Source of the DNA: Marsupella aquatica
Lineage: Eukaryota > Plantae > Marchantiophyta
Direction of reading: 5' to 3'
DNA length: 64,000 nucleotides
NCBI GenBank assembly: GCA_973895155.1
Contig: OZ316893.1
Location: forward strand, 16,646,645-16,710,644
Part shown: positions 23,296 to 35,216 of the stretch, piece by piece
Layout: each line of letters begins with the position of its first letter
Position numbering within the stretch: the stretch's first letter is position 1
Translations under genes and position numbers: made by a program
The notes under the pieces: model-generated
The model's database searches: none
What the model saw: only the letters and a program-made list of their open reading frames with translations
What the model was told of the DNA's origin: nothing

Positions 23296-26200
23296 ATGAG
23301 CAATGTCAATCAAGCGGCACATTTTTGGGGATGCCTGTTCGAACGGGCAACTGAGTACATTAAGACTTACGAGGACAAAGAATCAGAGAGAGCAGCTCGA
23401 GAACGGTAGGAGCTCGCTCAACTGTGGGAGCTGCAAAAGTCTGCCTTCTTAGGAGGAGAACTCATCAAGGCCGAGTTCTTGTGGACTCCTACTGCCAATC
23501 AGCTCGATGACCTTCTGTTTTGTGAAGACAGAATCGTCGGCATTCGGGAAGCCATCAACCGCTGCAACGACGCGCATTGGGAGTTGAAGGGTAGCACGGA
23601 GGGGTGGACAAAGGCAACTGTGCTAGGAGAAACATCCACGGCAACCGAGATGAAGAGGAAAGGAAACATCAACGAAGAGGCCACCCCGGCAAAAAGAACG
23701 AGGTTGGCGGCACCAAGGAAGCCAGCAGAGCAGCAGAACAGGAGGCAAGGAGAAGCCGAAGAGGAGGAGGTCGATCCCATCAATGCCATTCCAACAAAGG
23801 ATGACACCTGGAAAGGCTGGGCGGCGACCCTACCAGAGGAAGTGCAATTACATTTTGCACGGGAGGAGGATGCATGCTTTACGGCCATGCAGACCAAGAA
23901 GTACCAGGGCTTCATGGCCGGATCCGGCTTGGAAGCCTTCGTAAGATTACCATGGCTAAAGCCAGAGGTGCTGGACTCAGACTTATTAGAATTCGTGGGA
24001 TCATGGGAACCCGAGACCAATTCCACGAGGGTGTATGGGAAGGATTTCTATCTCACTCCTCAAGTGATTGCCAAGGTGTTTGGCTTGCCGATGGGTAATA
24101 AGACCAAGGTTGATACCAGGAAGACCTTACCTGACAAGGAGTTCCGGTCGTTTCCAGGACCATCAACCAAGAATGCCTTCTTCCGGAACACCTGCACCAA
24201 CCCGCACATCGGAGAGATGATCGATTTCTTGTGGGTGACCATGCATTGTAACTTGCCGAGGGCAGAGATCGGCAAGGCTCAGGTCTACCTGGCAGAAAGG
24301 CCAGACCCAAGCCGGGATTACAACGGGTACCTCCTCAACCAACTGAAGAAGATCTTGAAGGAGGAACAATAGGTGATCGGCGTGGGAAGCGTGTCCCGGC
24401 TTGGCTATCACATGTCATTGTTGTGCCGGTATGCCAGAAGTCAAATCTTTGCCCCAGTACTTCCCCTATCGGCAAGGGCACCGGAGGAGGTTCCGGAGCA
24501 GAGGCCGGCAACAGAAGAGCCCAACCAGCCTGCCAATCCTACGATCGAGCAGGTGTTTTGGCAAAGGAAAGATGACTTGCCGATGCAGCAATCAGGCATG
24601 CAGAATCTGCTGAAATTGCTGGAGAAGGAGAGAATAGCACCAGCAACGCAACGGCAACGGTACCGGTACAGGACACTGCCCCAGAGGCCGGCCTAAGCCG
24701 ACTCAGGAGGGAAAACCCCTTTACCGGAGCCAACGAGAGAAGGAGGCCGGAACACAAGTCGGGAGTTCAAATGTATGTGGGAGCCTCAAGCCCCGAATCG
24801 GAGGCAGAGCAGCCTAAGGCTCCTTCCCGTGGAAAGTAGAGGGAGAGGACAGCCTGGAAACCAGAGGAGGAACAAGAGCCCGTGATCTGTGAGGCCGTTT
24901 TCACGGCAGGACCAGGGGAACAGAGGGGGAAGCCGGAAGTCCAAGAAGTGGAGGAGGAGGTGGAGGACTACAGCAATGATAACTCCGGCTATGGGTCGGA
25001 TCATCATGTTCCAGGAGTAAGGACCTGTGGCCGATTTATCCCTACGCTTCCAAGAGTAGTTCGAGGGGACCCCACCCAGCAGAGTAGCCCCGAGTCTCCC
25101 CCACCAGAGGTTGCTCCCCCGAGCTTTGACGGCATAAAGTAGACGGCACAAGAATTTCAGGAGCGACTTAGGGAGGAAGAGAAAGCAGCCCTGGCTAGGG
25201 AGAAAGATTTACCAGGAGGAGATTGGCCAGAGGACATCAGGCGGCTTGCCGAAAAAAGAAGCAACCCTCTTGCCACCGTAGAAGAAATCCGCAAGGCGGC
25301 TTGGGAACAGAGGCCGAGGTTGTTGATGCCGATGACTTCTACTTACTCCACCTATGCTAAAGATAGAGCCATGGAGTACGGGGAGATGTGTGGGGACCTG
25401 GCGCTCAGCATCTTTGGGGAGGAGTTGGAGCAGGGGCCTTTTCTCCAGAGGGAGATGTTGGAGAAGCACCGATTAGAAGAAGCGGTGGCTTTGGAGAGAA
25501 GCAAGAAGGACGAGGTCATCCGGTGGCTTAGGGAGCTGGAAACCGAGGTGGAAGACCTGCAGGCGGCTAAGAAAGCCCAAGATGAGCTACGGATTAAGCG
25601 GCATGAGCTAAACATCATGCAAGGACAATTGGATGCCGCTCAGTCTGGCAATCAGATTATCAAGGATAAACTGACTCGGACCCAAGGAGAGTTGGCCAGC
25701 GCGGTCAAGGACAGGGAAAAGTGGAAGCAGGAGCTGAGGGACGCAGAGGAGGCCCACATAACCGCCAACAACCGGGCCATGGCGGAGACTAAGAGAAAGG
25801 AGAGGGCGTTGAAAGGAGAGCTCGAGGATATCCGCGGAGCCCTTGAGCAGAAGGAGGCCGAGTTAGGGAAATCCTATCAAGGGATTATTACGCTGCAGCA
25901 GGAGCTTGCATCCCTGACGGCCAGCTTCAAGGCCGACTTGCGTGAGAAGGACGACCAGCTTGACCAGACTTATGCCAAGATGAATAAGATGGAGTCTGAG
26001 GTTGTAGCGGAGCTCGACAAGGAGTTAAGAGCAATCCAAGAGGAGAGGGCTACCTTAAAATTGGAATTGGAAGAAGCCAGAAAGGAGCTGCAGGAGGGAC
26101 GGAAGGACCTGGAGGAAGCCCAGGAGGAGTTGGAGGAAACCACCAGGAAGATGGAGAACTTACAGCGGCGGGCCGACAACCAAACGGAGCGGCTGAAGAA

Positions 26201-26744
26201 ACAGGCCGCAGTATTTAAGTGCTTAGCTTCATCTGGTCCAACTCCAATTCTGGGAACTCCGTTACCAGGAGGGGTACTGGCCGAAAGACAAGCCGAGACA
26301 CACGCCCCGGTGCCGGAGGTAGGTAGCAAGGGGAAGGGACCAGCTACCGAAATAGGGAAGAAGAAGAAGCGAAAACCTTCTGGGTCTGGGAGTTATACGG
26401 CTTACCAAGCCGTTGTGACCCAGGAAGTCAACCCGGCACCAACCTCCGGCATGATTACGGCAGTAGATCCACCTGTTGAAGAAGGTGGGGATGGCAAGGC
26501 CGAGGCCGGGACAACTATTGATGAAGCCGAGGTACCGGATCCTCCACTAGAACATGTCGGGGAGGCTGAAGCCATATCGAAGGCCGTGACCGATGCTGGA
26601 GCCGAAGCCGAGGGTGGACCCAGTCAAGCCGATGAAGAGTTGACTCGGTCCGGGGCAGGTAATCTATCAGAGGACGGACCGACGGCAGTGGCTGCGGGGG
26701 AAGCATTGGGGGCGTCCATTGAGGATCCACCACCGGTGTCATGA
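23296..26744 (+). pseudogene. Degenerate family A LTR-encoded protein (N-terminal piece at 11895-12165)
   Basis: ORFs 23479..24372, 24373..24696, 24882..25142 and 25320..26744 align to the 1215-aa protein. Several CAG>TAG stops and a frameshift. Confidence 0.9.
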
Positions 26745-27646
26745 TGGTGCAGGGGCGCCGTTCCTTTTAGGAAGGGCGGACGTGGAGGTAGGAGGTGTGA
26801 GTGGGCAGGGCGGGCTCAGATCTCCAAGTTTAGGATTAGGATCAAGACCAGGAGACGGCCCTGACACTTAGATTAGTGGGATGTTGGATCCACTGGTAGG
26901 AGCAACACTTGTGCTCCTGCCTCGCTATACAATTAGGTAGATTACAGGTAGGATAGATTAAGCTTACGCAGCAAAGTTCTGGACAGATCCGCTGCCAAGA
27001 TAAATACCTGGGCAGCGGGGAGTCAAGGGCCTCTTCTTTAGCAAGTTTTTAGTTGCACCAGCAGGGCTGGGATCAAGTAGTAAGAGAAGCTCTCAGTTAG
27101 TTATACAGTGACCCTTGTGTATATTCATGTTTCCTCATGCCTAAGAACTGAATAGAGTTGGCCTCGCGGCTTAGTTCGCAGAGCTTGTGTATGAGATGTA
27201 CTGTTTGTATGGCAAGTGCATGGTATAACTCAGTTAGAAGGAGTCATTTTGCTATTTGTGTGTCGCATTAACTTGTGTGAAGAGTGCCCACATCAATGAA
27301 GGGAAGTAGCAAGGGAGTGAGAGTTGGATGTGTGGAGCTGAGAGAGGTCTTAGCGGCTTAACCAAGCCAATTGGGGATCATTCCAGCGGCGGAATCCAAA
27401 CATACCTAATGGAAGACCAGGAGAGGAATACAAGGGAAGGCCTAGAATAGGCCGGCTAAGTATCTCATGACCCGATGAAGGATCTATCCAGTATATGTGT
27501 GTAAAATGTTAATAGTAGTAGAAGGAGAGTTAGCAGCGTCCCATGCCGCTAAGCCGCGGAAACGGCCTCGCCGAGGATGAAACCTGCAGGAATCGGCTTG
27601 AGCAAGGGGGTTTTCTTGGGTTTGGGGAGCCATGGGACGCACCACA

Positions 27647-28813
27647 AGCCGCGAATGGGCTCGCATCAACGGTAACTACCAGCGGTCTCCCACACTCATA
27701 ATCCGCAGGTCAAAGCACCGGAGGGCTCATGAGAGCACTCTTCAACCTCGACATTGCCTCACTGTGCTCAGGTAACCATCGCCACTTAACTCATTTTCTT
27801 TGCAACTCATAGAGCGGATCCGCAAGGTGCGAGAAATGAGGAATCTAGATCTTGTAAAACACACAAGCACCCAGAAACCTTGAAACCTCCGGCACCGACT
27901 CGCAATCCTTCATCTTACTTATAGCCATCACCTTATCCATGTTTGGCTTCCGGCCATAAGCTCCGCATATCTGACCAACAACCTTCACCTCTCTCATTCC
28001 AAACTCGGACTTCTCCCCCGAAAGAGTAAGTCCAACCTCAATGAGCTTCCCAAGAATGGCCTTGACATCAATAATGTGTTCCCAAACAAACTTCCGGATC
28101 CCATCACTCCTCAAGGTCTCATCCTTAGCCTCATCCAAGCATCCCTTAATCGGAACATCATCAATAAACGGTCTCGCCTTTTCTGGAATGAACGGTTCCA
28201 GAACTTTACTCATCACATTCTGCATATGCGCCACTGAGTTAGTCGCCCCTTGCGGAAGAGTTGACATCCGCAAGAGGCCCAAAGGAGTCCTCATAGTTGT
28301 TATGTCCCAACTTTCTTGCGATAATTGGAACTGATCATAGCCCAAAAACAAATCACCCATTGAGTAGATTGCCCTTCCGGCAAACTCCTTGGCAAATTCA
28401 TCCACGAGTGGTCCTACTCCCATGTTCCTGATTGTCACTTTGTTCGGCGGCTGCATGTCTTGAATGAACCTCAAACTCCCATTCTTTTTCCGAACCGTAA
28501 ACCATCTGTTCGAATATGGAGCATCCGATCTCTCAAGAATCCCAGCACTTAGGTTTTCCTTCAATAGTTCCGCCAGCTTTGGAGCCAAAGCCTGCAGAAC
28601 AGCAATCGGCTTCAGATCCCATGGAACATGCGGGACAGTGAAGATGACCATCGGTGTCACCTTACTTGGATCCACACAACCAATCTCATCAATCAAAAAT
28701 GAGAAAGCTTTGCCATGCTCCATAATCATCCTTCGAAATGCTTCCTGTTCCAACTTAGTAAGCAGCCCATCAGAACCAATTCTGAGCCTTGCTAGACTCT
28801 CCTGGGTAAACAC
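27647..28813 (-). pseudogene. pol: Element Y reverse transcriptase and start of RNase H
   Basis: APYSNRWFTVRKKNGSLRFIQD, DLFLGYDQF, LPQGATNSVA, PFIDDVPIKG, followed by VVTVDASP. Confidence 0.9.
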
Positions 28814-29295
28814 ATGCCCTATTCAACCCTCGGGTCTCAATCTCGGTTTCAGTCTAGCTCGTTCCATCACCTCCATCGCATTATCCGGTAATGGTATTGC
28901 TGCGGGTCTCACTTTCTTATCAACGGTCTTGTATTTTGTGTTTGAATGGACAATCTCAGAGACGAGCGAGTACTGATACTCGCTCAACTCTATCTCCATC
29001 TTCCCACTTTCCAAGTTAGAAACCACACTCTTGAGTGGCTCGTCACATCCGGTTTCCACCAAAACCCCTTCCAGACTCTCATCATCGTCAAGCTCGTTAG
29101 ACTCGGCCAAAGTCTGACTTGCTTCTTTCACATATCTCTTGTGCCGCCCGGTCATCTCATTCCCACCAACATAGGTAACTTTGCTAGTTCAAGTGCAACC
29201 TACAAACAAACTGGAAAAACACTCGTTATCCTGTGGAGCCAAAACACAAGCACTCCGCTGGTCCACGAACTTCAGCGGAGCGCAAAAACGTTTCC

Positions 29296-29733
29296 CTATT
29301 CTCTTTCTTTGTTAGAGTTCCTCTCAACCTTAGTCTTTGGCTCTCGCAATTCCTTCCGGTTTTGCACATTTCCAGGGAACACAGCAGGGAACTGCACCAC
29401 CTGGATCCCATCGCTACTCCAAATTTTCACCATATAAGTAGTATCATCTAGTACTTTGGTCTCCATTCTCAACGCAGTTATGAACGGCATGCCCAAAATG
29501 ACTGGGAACGATAACAACTCATGAACGAAAATATTACAAGGTTGGGCCACATTCCCAAACTTTACAACAACATCAGGACAGCCTCCCCAAAGGAAATCCC
29601 TCATGGAACTCACAGAATTCACAGCCCAAACCAACTCCTTATCAATCATCCATTGCCCCTTTTCATAAACACTCTTAGACATCAAGTTAATCTCGGAACC
29701 TGAGTCAAACAAGGCCCTCACTTTGCCTTTCAT
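29296..29733 (-). pseudogene. Element Y aspartic protease
   Basis: ALFDSGSEINLM…VILGMPF retropepsin motifs. Confidence 0.85.
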
Positions 29734-29850
29734 TCCCCTTATTTCACATTCGCCTTCTGGGCAAGCCCTTGCCCAATGCCCATCTTGGTAAGAAAAACCT
29801 TCCTTCGTCGTTCCAAAGCTTGCAAACGACCTTACCTGGACCTCAGTCGC

Positions 29851-30553
29851 TCAACTTTTGACTCTGGCCACGAGCCAATCGTCGAGCGCAACTCCAACTT
29901 CACTCTTTTCAGCTTCCTCTTTGAATTCCTCGTTTACATCCTCAAACTCATCATCAGTTTCCGCATCAGCAATGGTCGCATAAGTCCGAAATCTACCCAA
30001 GTCCAACCCTTGGGCCTCCCCCATCGAGGTATGAGGTCCCTCTTTGTATATCCATTTTCTCTTTGACCTCTCCAAAATGGCTTCTTGGATCTCTCGCTTC
30101 ATGCTCCCAAATAGCTCAGCATTGGAAAACCCTTGAGCCTGCTGGCTCCAAAACTTTTCGGCCACCATTTCCGGATACATGGCCTGATCTAAATCTCTTC
30201 CGAGCACCCAACCCGGATCCTTCCTAATCGGCTTTTCAGCAGCCGGTTGATTCTTGATTTCCTCTTCTTTGAACCTTACCTTCCTCTCTCGATCACGAGT
30301 TTCCCTTCTTTCTCGTTCCCCCAACTGCAACGGGGTATCATCCTCATCAGCTTTCCTTCGTTTAGAGTTTGCTTCTACGTCTCAAGCCGCTCCTACCTCC
30401 ACTGTAATCATGTTGATCAGAACCGGGTCTTCCCATCCCAACTTCTGACGGACACAATCCGCCAATCTCTGGTAATATTCATCCGACTTTATCACAGGGC
30501 CATCCAACTCGATATTATAAACGTTTGCTTCCGCATGTGAAGAGGATGCCTCT
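29851..30553 (-). pseudogene. gag: Element Y gag C-terminal region
   Basis: Charged ORF 29851..30330 lying between the protease and the element A insertion site; continuous with 46104+ across the TSD. Confidence 0.6.
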
Positions 30554-31465
30554 TGTGGTGCGTCCCATGGCTCCCTAAACCCAAGAAACCCCCCAGCTCA
30601 AGCCGATTCCCGCAGGTTTCGTGCTTGGCGAGGCCGTTTCCGCGGCTTAGCGGCATGGGACGCTGCTAACCTTCTACTACTACTATTAACATTTTACACA
30701 CATATACTGGACAGATCCTTCATCGGGTCATGAGATACGTAGCCGGCCTAATATAGGCCTTCCCCTGTCTTCCCCTGTCTTCTTGTTAGGTATGTTTGGA
30801 TTCCGCCGCCGGAATGATCCCCAATAGGCTTGGTTAAGCCGCTAAGACCTCTCTCAGCTCGACACATCCAACTCTCACTCCCCTGCTTACTTTCCTTCCT
30901 TCTGTTGATGTGGGCACTCTTCACACAAGTTAATGCGACACACAAATAGCAAAATGACTCATTCTGACTGAGTCATACCATGCACTTGCCATACAAACAG
31001 TACATCTCATACACAAGTTCTGCGAACTAAGCCGTGAGGCCAACTCTATTCAGCTCTTAGGCATGAGGAAACATGAATATACACAAGGGTCACTGTATGA
31101 CTAACCGAGAGCTTCTCGTACTACTTGATCCCAGCCCGGCTGGTGCAAACTAAAAACTTGCTAAAGAAGAGGCCCTGAGCTCCCCGCTGCCCAGGTACTT
31201 ATCCTGGTAGTGGATCCGCCATTCTTTGCATCGTAAGCCTAATCTACTTAACAGTAATCTACTTGCCCGAATCTACCTATGTACAGCAAGGCAGGAGCAC
31301 AAGTGTTGCTCCTACCAGTGGGACCGCAATCCCACTAAACTAAGTGTCAGGGCCGCTCCTGGTTCTGATCCTAATCCTAAACGTGGAGATCCGCGCTCGC
31401 CCTGCCCACTCACGCCTCCTCCCTCCACGTCCGCCCTCCCTAAAAGGAACGGCGCCCTTGCACCG

Positions 31466-34400
31466 TCACGACACCGGTGGTGGATCCTTAATGGACGCCC
31501 CCAACGCTTCCTCCTCAGCCACTGCCGTTGGCCCGCCTACTGACAGATTACCTGCCCTTGACCGAGTCAACTCTCCATCGGCCTGACTGGGTCCACCTTC
31601 GGCTTCAGCCTCGACACCGGCCTCGGCAATACCCACGGCTTCGGCCTCAGTCACTCCCTCGGCTTCGGCCTCAGTCACTCCCTCGGCTTCGGCCTCAGTC
31701 ACTCCCTCGGCTTCGGCCTCTCCTTCCCCTAGGGTAGTTGGATCCCTAGCCGTGACCCTGTCTGGGGTCGGTGCTGGGTCTACCTCCTTGATCACCACGG
31801 CCTGTGAAGTCGTATTACTCCTTGACCCTGAAGGTTTTCGCTTCTTCTTCGTTGGTGGCTCGGCAGCTGGTCCCTTCCCCTTCCCACTTACTTCCGGCAC
31901 TGGTGCAGGTGGCGCGGCTTGTCCTTCGGCAATTACCACCCCTGGTAACTGGTTTGTCCCAACGGGAGATGGACTTGCTGCAGCTAAGCATTTAAATACT
32001 GCGGCTTGTTTCTTCAGCCGCTCTGTTTGGTTGTCGGCCCGCCGTTGTAGGTTCTCCATCTTCCTCGTGATTTCCTCCAACTCCTCTTGGGTTTCATCCA
32101 GGTCCTTACGTGCCCCCTCCAGCTCGTTTTTGGCCTCCTCCTGCTCCCTGTGGGCTTCCTCCAATTCCTTCTTCAAGGTAGCCCTCTCCTCCTGGGTTGC
32201 TCTTAGCTCCTTGTCGAGCTCTACAATGATGACAGACTCCATCTGGTTCATCTTGGCGTAAGTCTGTTCGAGCATCTCGTCCTTCTCCCTTAGGTCGGCC
32301 TTGAAGCTGGCCGTCAGGGACGCAAGCTCCTGCTGCAGCGCCATAATCCCTTGATAGGATTTCCCTAACTCGACCTCCTTCTGCTCAAGGGCTCCGCGGA
32401 TTTTCTCGAGCTCCCCTTTCAACGCCCATTCCTTTCTTTGGGTCTCCGCCATGGCCCGGCTGTTGGCTGTTATGTGGGCCTCCTCTGTATTCTTCAGCTC
32501 TTGCTTCCACTTCTCCCTCTCTTTGATCGTGTCGGCCAACTCTTCCTGCGTCTGAGTCAGTTTATCCTTGATATTCTGATTATCAGCCTGCGCGGTGTCC
32601 AACTGCCCCTGCATGATGTTCAGCTCATGTCGTTTAATCCGCAGTTCATCTTGGGCTTTCTTGGCCGCCCTTAGATCTTCAATCTTGGCTTCCATCCTCC
32701 TAAGCCGCCGAATGACCTCGTCCTTCTTGCTTCTCTCTAAAGCCACCGCTTCTTCTAATTGGTGCTTCTCCAACTGCTCCCTATGGAAAAAGGGTCCTAC
32801 CTCCAACTCCTCTCCAAAGATGCCGAGCGCAAGTTCCCCACACATCTCACCATACTCCATGGCTCTATTCTTAGCGTAGGTGGAGTAAGTAGAAGTGATC
32901 GGCATCGCCCATCGTGGCCTCTGCTCCCAAGCCGTCCTGCGGATCTCTTCAATCGTGGCTAGAGGTTTGCTTCCTTTTTCGGCTAGCCGCCTGATGTCCT
33001 CCGGCCAATCTCCTCCTGGTAAATCCTTTTCCTTAGCCAGGGCGGCCTCTTCCTCCTGCTTGATTCGCTCCTGAAATTCCTGCACCGTCTGTTTTATGCC
33101 GTCGAAGCTCGGGGGAGCAACATCTGGTGGGGGAGACTCAGGGCTACTCTGCTGGTTGGGGTCCCCTCGCACTACCCTTGGAAGTGTGGGGACAAACCGG
33201 CCACAGGTCCTTACTCCTGGAACGTGATGGTCCGACCCATAGCCGGAATTATCATGGCTGCAGTCCTCCACTGCCTCCTCTACCTCTTGGACGTCCGGCT
33301 TCTCCCTCTCCTCTTCGTCGGTAGGAGCTTCAGGCAATTCTGCCTCAGATTCGGAGCTTGAGGTTCCCACGTACATTCGAACACCTGGCTTGGATTCCGG
33401 CCTGATTCTCTCCTTGTCTCCAGCAAAGGGGTTTTCTCTTGTGAGCCGGTGTAGGCCTACCTCTGTAGTAGTGTCCTGCATTGTTGCCGTTGCCGTTGTT
33501 GTTGCCAATGCCGATTTCTTTTCTTTCTCCAGTAGTTTCAGCAGACTCTGCATGCCTGGTTGCTGCATCGGCAAGTCTTCCTTCCTGGGCCTAAACACCT
33601 GCTCGATCGTAGGACTAACAGGTGGTTGAGGCTTCTCAGCCAACGGCCTCGGCGTTGGAGCTTCCTCCGGTGCCCTTACCTGCAGGGGAAGTACCGGGGC
33701 AAAAGTCTGACCTCTGGCATACCGGCACAACAACGGCATGTGATAGCCAAGCCGCGACACGCTCCCCATGCCGATTACCTGCTGCTCCTCCTTTAAGATA
33801 TTCTTCAATTGGTTGAGGAGGTACCCGTTGTAGTCCCAGCTTGGGTCTGGCCTTTCTGCCAGATAGACCTGTGCCTTGCCGATCTCTGCCCTCGGCAAGT
33901 TACAATGCATGGTCACCCGCAAGAAGTCGATCATCTCTCCTATGTGCGGGTTGGTGCAGGTGTTCCGGAAGAAGCCATTCTTCGTTGATGGCCCGAGGAA
34001 CGACCGGAACTCCTTGTCAGGCAGGGTCTTCCTGGTATCAACTTTGGTCTTATTGCCTATCGGCAAGCCAAACACTTCGGCAATTACCTTGGGAGTAAGA
34101 TAGAAATCCTTCCCATATATCCTCGTGCAATTGGTCTCGGGTTCCCATGACCCCACGAATTCTAATAGGTCTGACTCCGGTACCTCCGGCTTCAGCCATG
34201 GTAATTTTACAAAGGCCTCCAAGCCGGATCCGGCCATGAAGCCTTGGTACTTCTTGGTCTGCATGGCCGTAAAGCATGCATCCTCCTCCCGTGCAAAATG
34301 TAGTTGCACCTCCACCGGTAGGGTTGCCGCCCAGCCCTTCCAGGTGTCATCCCTGGTTGGAATGGCCTTGATGGGATCGACCTCCTCCTCTTCGGCTTCT

Positions 34401-35113
34401 CCCTGCCTCCTGCTCTGCTGCTCGGCTGGCTTCTTTGGTGCCGCCGACCTCGTTCTTTTTGCCGGGGTGGCTTCATCGTTGACGGCCCCCTTCCTCTTCA
34501 TCTCTGCTGCCGTGGAGGTTTCTCCTAGCACCGTTGCCTGGGTCCACCTTTCCGTGCTACCCTTTAATTCCCAGTGTATGTCGTTGCAGTTCTTGATGGC
34601 CTCTCGGATGCCGACGACGCTGTCTTTGCAAAACAGAAGATCGTCGAGTTGATTGGAAGTAGGCGTCCACAGGAACTCGTCCTTGATGAGTTCGCCTCCT
34701 AAGAAAGCCGTCTTCTGCAGCTCCCACAATCGAGCGAGCTCCTGCCGTTCTCGAGCTGCCCTTTCTGACTCCTCGTCCTCGTAAGTCTTGATGTACTCAG
34801 TTGCCCGTTCGAACAGGCATCCCCAGAAATGTGCCGCTTGATTGACGTTGCTCATACCCTCCTTAGGTTGATCGTCGGTATCTACTCTCTCCCCGAGTGC
34901 TTGCCTAAGCAGCTGACAGAAGTTGGCCTCCCGTAGTCGTCTGCCTAGTTCGTGCTCGCAAATGAGCCACCATCTCCTGCAAGCGCTCCTTACCCCTCTC
35001 CTCTGCCGGTCCTTCTTCCCGTTGATCCTTCCTAGCCGCCGACGCTTAACGCGCCCTAACCCTAATCGGGTTTTCACCCTCAGCCTTACCTCCGGCCTCT
35101 GCCCGGGTTCCAT
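31466..35113 (-). CDS. Intact 1215-aa LTR-encoded protein: plant-transposon-protein-like globular domain, long coiled coil and acidic tail
   Basis: Uninterrupted ORF entirely within the LTR. GLEAFVKLPW…LEFVGSW…IYGKDFYLTPKVIAEVFGLP domain, E/K/L/Q-rich heptad region and KKKRK NLS-like motif. Confidence 0.85.
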   Translation of the reverse strand: MEPGQRPEVRLRVKTRLGLGRVKRRRLGRINGKKDRQRRGVRSACRRWWLICEHELGRRLREANFCQLLRQALGERVDTDDQPKEGMSNVNQAAHFWGCLFERATEYIKTYEDEESERAARERQELARLWELQKTAFLGGELIKDEFLWTPTSNQLDDLLFCKDSVVGIREAIKNCNDIHWELKGSTERWTQATVLGETSTAAEMKRKGAVNDEATPAKRTRSAAPKKPAEQQSRRQGEAEEEEVDPIKAIPTRDDTWKGWAATLPVEVQLHFAREEDACFTAMQTKKYQGFMAGSGLEAFVKLPWLKPEVPESDLLEFVGSWEPETNCTRIYGKDFYLTPKVIAEVFGLPIGNKTKVDTRKTLPDKEFRSFLGPSTKNGFFRNTCTNPHIGEMIDFLRVTMHCNLPRAEIGKAQVYLAERPDPSWDYNGYLLNQLKNILKEEQQVIGMGSVSRLGYHMPLLCRYARGQTFAPVLPLQVRAPEEAPTPRPLAEKPQPPVSPTIEQVFRPRKEDLPMQQPGMQSLLKLLEKEKKSALATTTATATMQDTTTEVGLHRLTRENPFAGDKERIRPESKPGVRMYVGTSSSESEAELPEAPTDEEEREKPDVQEVEEAVEDCSHDNSGYGSDHHVPGVRTCGRFVPTLPRVVRGDPNQQSSPESPPPDVAPPSFDGIKQTVQEFQERIKQEEEAALAKEKDLPGGDWPEDIRRLAEKGSKPLATIEEIRRTAWEQRPRWAMPITSTYSTYAKNRAMEYGEMCGELALGIFGEELEVGPFFHREQLEKHQLEEAVALERSKKDEVIRRLRRMEAKIEDLRAAKKAQDELRIKRHELNIMQGQLDTAQADNQNIKDKLTQTQEELADTIKEREKWKQELKNTEEAHITANSRAMAETQRKEWALKGELEKIRGALEQKEVELGKSYQGIMALQQELASLTASFKADLREKDEMLEQTYAKMNQMESVIIVELDKELRATQEERATLKKELEEAHREQEEAKNELEGARKDLDETQEELEEITRKMENLQRRADNQTERLKKQAAVFKCLAAASPSPVGTNQLPGVVIAEGQAAPPAPVPEVSGKGKGPAAEPPTKKKRKPSGSRSNTTSQAVVIKEVDPAPTPDRVTARDPTTLGEGEAEAEGVTEAEAEGVTEAEAEGVTEAEAVGIAEAGVEAEAEGGPSQADGELTRSRAGNLSVGGPTAVAEEEALGASIKDPPPVS
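31638..31718 (-). repeat. 24-bp coding minisatellite (EAEAEGVT)n
   Basis: 3 units here, 2 in the 5' LTR and 1 variant unit in the 5838 solo LTR. Accounts for the 24-bp LTR length difference. Confidence 0.9.
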
Positions 35114-35216
35114 GGTTGCCCCTAATTGTTTATATTTTCCTTGTTTTGTCCCTATACTAAGGTGTTCCTAGGGTGCCTTCCTGCTTTACCCACTTAACCG
35201 GCCGAGTGATTCCTGT

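Larger units (their letters stand above)
11785..27646 (+). mobile_element. Solo LTR of a diverged family A subfamily, interrupted by the Mutator-like element
   Basis: TGTGATGCCTAG…GCACCACA termini (reverse orientation to the other copies), TSD AGCCG (11780-11784 and 27647-27651). LTR sequence is 11785-12165 plus 23294-27646. Confidence 0.92.

Noticed and set aside
35050-35066. CCCTAACCCTAA telomere-like motif in family A LTRs
   Set aside because: Only two units, inside the coding frame (RLGLGR), so not an interstitial telomere array.
31466-35113. 1215-aa ORF as a host myosin/SMC-like gene or an env gene
   Set aside because: It is intronless, confined to LTR copies, lacks motor/ATPase motifs, and has no evident signal peptide or transmembrane segment.
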